Source: the human T2T-CHM13v2.0 reference genome, Homo sapiens. From it: 64,000 nt of DNA. The position numbers and the translations under genes were made by a program. The first letter of the stretch is position 1; every line of letters begins with the position of its first letter. The notes below the pieces were generated by a model. The model was given only the letters and a program-made list of their open reading frames with translations, was not told the DNA's origin and ran no database searches. This document shows, piece by piece, positions 56,426-64,000 of the stretch. The stretch lies in NCBI RefSeq assembly GCF_009914755.1, contig NC_060933.1; one strand, written 5' to 3'.

Positions 56426-59400
56426 TCAACCCGAGTGCAGGGGAATGGAGTGGAATGGAAGGCAATGGAATGGAATCATCCGGAATTGAATGGAATGGAA
56501 TGGAATGGAATGGAATCAACTCGATTGAAATGGAATGGAATGGAATGGAGTGGATGGGAATGGAATGGAATGTAATGAACCCGAGTGCAGGGGAATGGAA
56601 TGGAATGGAATGCAATGGAATGGAGTCATCCTGAATGGAACGGAATGGAATGGAATGGAATCAACCCGTGTGCAATATAATGGAATCGAAAGGAATGGAA
56701 TGGAATGGAATGGATTCAACCCAAATGGAATGAAAAGGAATGGAATAAACCCGAGTGGAATGGCATGGAATGGAGTGGAATGGAATGGAATGGAATGGTA
56801 CAGAATAGAATGGAATGGAACGAAATGGAATGGAATGGAATGGAATGGAATGGAATGGAATGGAATGGAATGGAACGGAATGCAATGGAAAGGAATGGAA
56901 TGGAATGGAATGGAATGAACCCGTGTGCAATGGAATGGAATGGAATGGAATGGGTTCAACACTAATGGAATGCAAAGGAATGGAATCAACACGAGTGGAA
57001 TGGCATGGAATGGAATGGAATGGAATGGAATGGAATGGAATGGAATGGAATGGAATGGAATGAAATGGAATGGAATGGAATGGAATCAACCTGAGTGCAG
57101 TGTAATGGAATCGAATGGAATGGAATGGAATGGAATGGATTCAACACGAATGGAATGGAAAGGAATGGAATAAACCCGCGTGGAATGGCATGGAATGGAG
57201 TGGAATGGAATGGAATGGAATGGAAAGGAATGGAATCAACCCGAGTGCAATGTAATGGAATCGAATGGAATGGAATGGAATGGAATGGATTCAACCCGAA
57301 TGGAATGGAAAGGAATGGACTAAACCCGAGTGGAATGGCATGGAGTGGAGTGGAATGGAATGGAATGGAATGGAATGGAATGGTACGGAATAGAATGGAA
57401 TGGAACGACATGGAATGGAATGGAATGGAATGGAATGGAATGGAATGGAATGGAATGAACCCGTGTGCAATGGAATGGAATCGAATGGAATGGAATGGAT
57501 TGGAATGGATTCAACTCGAATGGAATGGAAAGGAATGGAATCAACCCGAGTGGAATGGCATGGAATGGAATGGAATGGAATGGAATGGAAAGGAATGGAA
57601 TGGAATGGTACGGAATAGAATGGAAAGGAACGAAATGGAATGGAATGAAATGGAATGGAATGGAATGGAATGGAATGGAATGGAATGGAATGGAATCAAC
57701 CCGAGTGCAGGGGAATGGAATGGAATTGAAGGCAATGGAATGGAATCATCCGGAATTGAATGGAATGGAATGGAATCAACTCGATTGCAATGGAATGGAA
57801 TGGAATGGAATGGAATGGAATGGAATGGAATGGAATGGAATGGAATGGAATGGAATTAACCCGAATAGAATGGAATGGAATGGAATGGAAGTAAATGGAA
57901 TGGAAGGTAATGAACCCGAGTGCAGGGGAATGGAATGGAATGGAATGCAATGGAATGGAGTCATCCGGAATGGAACGGAAAGGAATGGAATGGAACCAAC
58001 CCGTGTGCAATGGAATTGAAAGGAATGGAATGGAATGGAATGGAATGGAATGGAATGGATTCAACCCGAATGGAATGGAAAGGAAGGGAATCAACCCAAG
58101 TGGAATGGCATGGAATGGAATGGATAGGAATGGAATGGAATGGAATGGTACCGAATGGGATAGAATGGAATGGTACCGAATAGAATGGAATGGAACGAAA
58201 TGGAATGGAATGGAATGGAATGGAATGGAATGAACCCGTGTGCAATGGATTGGAATGGAATGGAATGGAATGGAATGGAATGGAATGGGTTCGACTCGAA
58301 TGGAACGGAATGGAATGAAATCAAACCGAGTGGAATGGCATGGAATGGAATGGAATGGAATGGAATGGAATGGAATGGAATGGAATGGAATGGAAACAAC
58401 ACGAGTGCAATGTAATGGAATCGAATGGAATGGAATGCAATGGATTCAACCCGAATGGAATGGAAACGAATGGAATAAAACCGAGTGGAATGGCATGGAA
58501 TGGAGTCTAATGGAATGGAATGGAATCGAATGGTATGGAATAGAATGGAATGGAACGAAATGGAATGGAATGGAATGGAATGAAATGAACCCGTGTGCAA
58601 TGGAATGGAATGGAATGGAATGGAATGGAATGGATTCAACTCGAATGGAATGGAAAGGAATGGAATCAACCCGAGTGGAATGGCATGGAATGGAATGGAA
58701 TGGAATGGAATTAACCCTAATAGAATGGAATGGAATGGAATGGAATTGAATGGAATGGAATGGAATGGAAGGAAATGGAATGGAATGGAATGGAATGGAA
58801 TGGAATGGAATGGAATGGAATGGTACGGAATAGAATGGAATGGAACGAAATGGAATGGAATGGAATGGAATGGAATGGAATGGAAGTGAATGGAATGGAA
58901 TGTAATGAAACCGAGTGCAGGGGAATGGAATGGAATGGAATGCAATGGAATGGAGTCATCCGGAATGGAACGGAATGGAATGGAATGGAATCAACCCGAG
59001 TGCAATGGAATGGAATGGAATGGAAAGGAATGGAATGGAATGGACTCAACCCGAATGGAATGGAAAGGAATGGAATCAACCCGAGAGGAATGGCATGGAA
59101 TGGAATGGAATGGAATGGAGTGGAATGGTACAGAATAGAATGTAATGGAACGAAATGGAATGGAATGGAATGGAATGGAATGGAATCATTCCGAGTGGAA
59201 TAGAAGGGAATGTTTTCGAGTGGAATGAAAAGGAATGGAATCAACCAGAGTGGAATGGAATGGAATCGAGTGGAATGGAATGCAATCGAATGGAATGGAA
59301 AGGAATAGAATGGAATCAACCCGAGTGGAATGGAATGGAAAGGACTGGAATGGAATGGAATGGAATGCAATGGAATCAACTCGATTGCAATGAAATGGAA

Positions 59401-61124
59401 TGGAATGGAATGGAATGGAATGGAATGGAATTAACCGGAATAGAATGGAATTGAATGGAATGGAAAGGAATGGAATGGAATAGAATGGAATGGAATGGAT
59501 TCAACTCGAATGGAATGGAAAGGAATGGAATCAACCCGAGTGGAATGGCATGGAACGGAATGGAATGGAATGGAATGGAATGGAATTAACCCTAATAGAA
59601 TGGAATGGAACGAAATGGAATGGAATGGAATGGAATGGAACGGAAAGGAATGGAATGGATTCAACTCGAATGGAATGGAAAGGAATGAAATCAACCCGAG
59701 TGGAATAGCATGGATTGGAATGGAAAGGAATGGAATGGAATGGTACGGAATAGAGTGGAATGGAACGAAATGGAATGGAATGGAATGGAATGGAATGGAA
59801 TGGAATGGAATGGAATGGAATCAACCCGAGTGCAGGGGAATGGAGTGGAATGGAAGGCAATGGAATGGAATCATCCGGAATGGAATGGAATGGAATGGAA
59901 TGGAATGGAATGGAATCAACCTGAGTGCAGGGGAATGGAATGCAATGGAATGCAATGGAATGGAATGCAATGGAAACAACTCGATTGCAATGGAATGGAA
60001 TGGAATGGAATGGAATGGAATGGAATTAACCTGAACAGAATGGAATGGAATGGAATGGAATGGAACGGAATGGAATGGAATGGAATGGAATGGAATCAAC
60101 CCGAGTGCAGGGGAATGGAATGGAAGGAAATGCAATGGAATGGATTCATCCGGAATGGAATGGAATGGAATGGAATGCAATGGAATGGAATCAATCAACC
60201 CGAGTGCAATGCAATGGAGTGGAATGGAATGGAATGGAACGGAAACTACCCGAATGGAATGGAATCTAATGGAGTGTAAGGGAATTGAAAAGAATCAATC
60301 CGAATGTAATGGAATGGAATGGAACGGAATGAAATGGAATGGCATGGAATGGAATGGAATTAACCCGAGTTCAATGGAATGGAATTGAACGGAATGGAAT
60401 GGAAAGGAATGGATTCAACCCGAATGGAATGGAAAGGAATGGAATGGAATGGAATGGAATGGTACGGAATAGAATGGAATGGAACGAAATGGAATGGAAT
60501 GGAATGGAATGGAATGGAATGAACCCGTGTGCAATGGATTGGAATGGAATGGAATGGAATGGAATGGAATGGAATGGAATGGTTTCAACTCGAATGGAAT
60601 GGAAAGGAGTGGAATCAACCCGAGTGGAATGGCATGGAACGGAATGGAATGGAATGGAATGGAATGGAAAGGAATGGAATAGAATGAAATGGAATGGAAT
60701 GGAATGGAATGGAAACAACACGAGTGCAATGTAATGGAATCGAGTGGAATGGAATTGAATGGATAGGAATGGATTCAATCCGAATGGAATGGAAAGGAAT
60801 GGAATAAACCCGAGAGGAATAGCATGGAATGGAGTGGAATGGAATGGAATGGAAAGGAATGGTATGGAATAGAATGGAATGGAACTAAATGGAATGGAAT
60901 GGAATGGAATGGAATGGAATAGAATGAACCCGTGTGCAATGGAATGGAATGGAATGGAATGGAATGGAATGGAATGGAATGGATTCAACTCGAATGGAAT
61001 GGAAAGGAATGGAATCAACCCGAGTGGAATAGCATGGATTGGAATGGAAAGGAATGGAATGGAATGGTACGGAATAGAGTGGAATGGAACGAAATGGAAT
61101 GGAATGGAATGGAATGGAATGGAA
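56426..61124 (-). repeat. Higher-order repeat copy 3 (4699 bp)
   Basis: Same marker order as copy 2. Lacks the ~170 bp GACATCATTCGG block. Next unit start at 61125. Confidence 0.9.
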
Positions 61125-64000
61125 TCAACCCGAGTGCAGGGGAATGGAGTGGAATGGAAGGCAATGGAATGGAATCATCCGGAATTGAATGGAATGGAAT
61201 GGAATGGAATGGAATCAACTCGATTGAAATGGAATGGAATGGAATGGAGTGGATGGGAATGGAATGGAATGTAATGAACCCGAGTGCAGGGGAATGGAAT
61301 GGAATGGAATGCAATGGAATGGAGTCATCCTGAATGGAACGGAATGGAATGGAATGGAATCAACCCGTGTGCAATATAATGGAATCGAAAGGAATGGAAT
61401 GGAATGGAATGGATTCAACCCAAATGGAATGAAAAGGAATGGAATAAACCCGAGTGGAATGGCATGGAATGGAGTGGAATGGAATGGAATGGAATGGTAC
61501 AGAATAGAATGGAATGGAACGAAATGGAATGGAATGGAATGGAATGGAATGGAATGGAATGGAATGGAATGGAACGGAATGCAATGGAATGGAATGGAAT
61601 GGAATGGAATGGAATGGAATGAACCCGTGTGCAATGGAATGGAATGGAATGGAATGGGTTCAACACTAATGGAATGCAAAGGACTGGAATCAACACGAGT
61701 GGAATGGCATGGAATGGAATGGAATGGAATGGAATGGAATGGAATGGAATGGAATGAAATGGAATGGAATGGAATGGAATCAACCTGAGTGCAGTGTAAT
61801 GGAATCGAATGGAATGGAATGGAATGGAATGGATTCAACACGAATGGAATGGAAAGGAATGGAATAAACCCGCGTGGAATGGCATGGAATGGAGTGGAAT
61901 GGAATGGAATGGAATGGAATGGAATCAACCCGAGTGCAATGTAATGGAATCGAATGGAATGGAATGGAATGGAATGGATTCAACCCGAATGGAATGGAAA
62001 GGAATGGACTAAACCCGAGTGGAATGGCATGGAGTGGAGTGGAATGGAATGGAATGGAATGGAATGGAATGGTACGGAATAGAATGGAATGGAAAGACAT
62101 GGAATGGAATGGAATGGAATGGAATGGAATGGAATGGAATGGAATGAACCCGTGTGCAATGGAATGGAATCGAATGGAATGGAATGGATTGGAATGGATT
62201 CAACTCGAATGGAATGGAAAGGAATGGAATCAACCCGAGTGGAATGGCATGGAATGGAATGGAATGGAATGGAATGGAAAGGAATGGAATGGAATGGTAC
62301 GGAATAGAATGGAAAGGAACGAAATGGAATGGAATGAAATGGAATGGAATGGAATGGAATGGAATGGAATGGAATGGAATGGAATGGAATGGAATGGAAT
62401 CAACCCGAGTGCAGGGGAATGGAATGGAATTGAAGGCAATGGAATGGAATCATCCGGAATTGAATGGAATGGAATGGAATCAACTCGATTGCAATGGAAT
62501 GGAATGGAATGGAATGGAATGGAATGGAATGGAATGGAATGGAATGGAATTAACCCGAATAGAATGGAATGGAATGGAATGGAAGTAAATGGAATGGAAG
62601 GTAATGAACCCGAGTGCAGGGGAATGGAATGGAATGGAATGCAATAGAATGGAGTCATCCGGAATGGAACGGAAAGGAATGGAATGGAACCAACCCGTGT
62701 GCAATGGAATTGAAAGGAATGGAATGGAATGGAATGGAATGGAATGGAATGGATTCAACCCGAATGGAATGGAAAGGAACGGAATTAACCTAAGTGGAAT
62801 GGCATGGAATGGAATGGATAGGAATGGAATGGAATGGAATGGTACCGAATGGGATAGAATGGAATGGTACCGAATAGAATGGAATGGAACGAAATGGAAT
62901 GGAATGGAATGGAATGGAATGGAATGAACCCGTGTGCAATGGATTGGAATGGAATGGAATGGAATGGAATGGGTTCGACTCGAATGGAACGGAATGGAAT
63001 GAAATCAAACCGAGTGGAATGGCATGGAATGGAATGGAATGGAATGGAATGGAATGGAATGGAATGGAATGGAAACAACACGAGTGCAATGTAATGGAAT
63101 CGAATGGAATGGAATGCAATGGATTCAACCCGAATGGAATGGAAACGAATGGAATAAAACCGAGTGGAATGGCATGGAATGGAGTCTAATGGAATGGAAT
63201 GGAATCGAATGGTATGGAATAGAATGGAATGGAACGAAATGGAATGGAATGGAATGGAATGAAATGAACCCGTGTGCAATGGAATGGAATGGAATGGAAT
63301 GGAATGGAATGGATTCAACTCGAATGGAATGGAAAGGAATGGAATCAACCCGAGTGGAATGGCATGGAATGGAATGGAATGGAATGGAATTAACCCTAAT
63401 AGAATGGAATGGAATGGAATGGAATTGAATGGAATGGAATGGAATGGAAGGAAATGGAATGGAATGGAATGGAATGGAATGGAATGGAATGGTACGGAAT
63501 AGAATGGAATGGAACGAAATGGAATGGAATGGAATGGAATGGAATGGAATGGAATGGAATGGAATGGAATCAACCCGAGTGCAGGGGAATGGAATGGAAT
63601 GGAAGGCAATGGAATGACATCATTCGGAATTGAATGGAATGGAATGGAATGGAATGGAATCAACTCGATTGAAATGGAATGGAATGGAATGGAATGGAAT
63701 GGAATGGAATGGAAGTGAATGGAATGGAATGGAATGAAACCGAGTGCAGGGGAATGGAATGGAATGGAATGCAATGGAATGGAGTCATCCGGAATGGAAC
63801 GGAATGGAATGGAATGGAATCAACCCGAGTGCAATGGAATGGAATGGAATGGAAAGGAATGGAATGGAATGGACTCAACCCGAATGGAATGGAAAGGAAT
63901 GGAATCAACCCGAGAGGAATGGCATGGAATGGAATGGAATGGAATGGAGTGGAATGGTACAGAATAGAATGTAATGGAACGAAATGGAATGGAATGGAAT
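61125..64000 (-). repeat. Higher-order repeat copy 4 (partial, runs off the window)
   Basis: Same marker order. CTAAACCCGAG at 62009 and the GACATCATTCGG block at ~63616. Confidence 0.88.

Larger units (their letters stand above)
44923..64000 (-). repeat. Satellite III (HSat3) array in inverted orientation, (GGAAT)n on +
   Basis: Continuous GGAAT pentamers with CAACCCGAGT, TTAACCCGAAT and CAACTCGATTGC, the reverse complements of the left-arm motifs. Confidence 0.97.

Noticed and set aside
86-63974. Hundreds of ORFs up to 434 aa (MEWNG.../IPFHS... repeats)
   Set aside because: A 5-bp repeat without stop codons translates to a 5-aa periodic peptide in all frames. The ORFs overlap in all six frames, have no domain-like content, and switch type exactly with strand orientation.
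1-64000. CRISPR-like repeat/spacer appearance (conserved motifs separated by variable lengths)
   Set aside because: The intervening sequence is pure pentamer rather than unique spacers, there are no cas genes, and the context is a eukaryotic satellite.
1-64000. Assignment to a specific chromosome or subfamily (e.g. the chr9 HSat3B array or DYZ1)
   Set aside because: The motifs and internal inversion are compatible with a chr9-type array, and I see no regular ~3.6 kb DYZ1 period. Assignment needs subfamily k-mer classification or alignment that I cannot run.
44923-64000. Telomeric repeat or G-quadruplex-forming tract
   Set aside because: The repeat is GGAAT rather than TTAGGG. Runs of three or more G are sparse and isolated, so no canonical G4 motif is supported.
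1-64000. Alpha satellite, CENP-B boxes, Alu or L1 insertions
   Set aside because: I saw no 171-bp monomer, no CENP-B box and no non-satellite stretch anywhere in the window.

Overview
The whole 64 kb is classical human/hominid Satellite III (HSat3): a (CATTC)n/(GGAAT)n pentamer array interspersed with the Sat III decamer A(C/T)TCGGGTTG and related CpG-bearing variants. I find no credible protein-coding gene, RNA gene, transposon or CRISPR array. Every ORF in the track is a translation artefact of the pentamer (IPFHS/MEWNG periodicity). The notable features are structural. (1) There is a sharp strand inversion at ~44,922 (CATTC switches to GGAAT), with 2-bp microhomology, an 8-bp hairpin stem spanning the junction and kb-scale inverted homology offset from the breakpoint. 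(2) The sequence subtype changes at ~40.5 kb, about 4.4 kb before the inversion. (3) The left domain is a patchwork of local 1.6-4.3 kb duplications, whereas the right arm carries a regular ~4.7-4.9 kb higher-order repeat with a 2.7 kb short variant and an almost unbroken 5-bp register. (4) About 22 perfect three-unit heat-shock elements (nTTCnnGAAnnTTCn) occur only in the first 35 kb. Coordinates and counts were read by eye and boundaries are approximate. Chromosome and subfamily cannot be fixed without k-mer or alignment searches.
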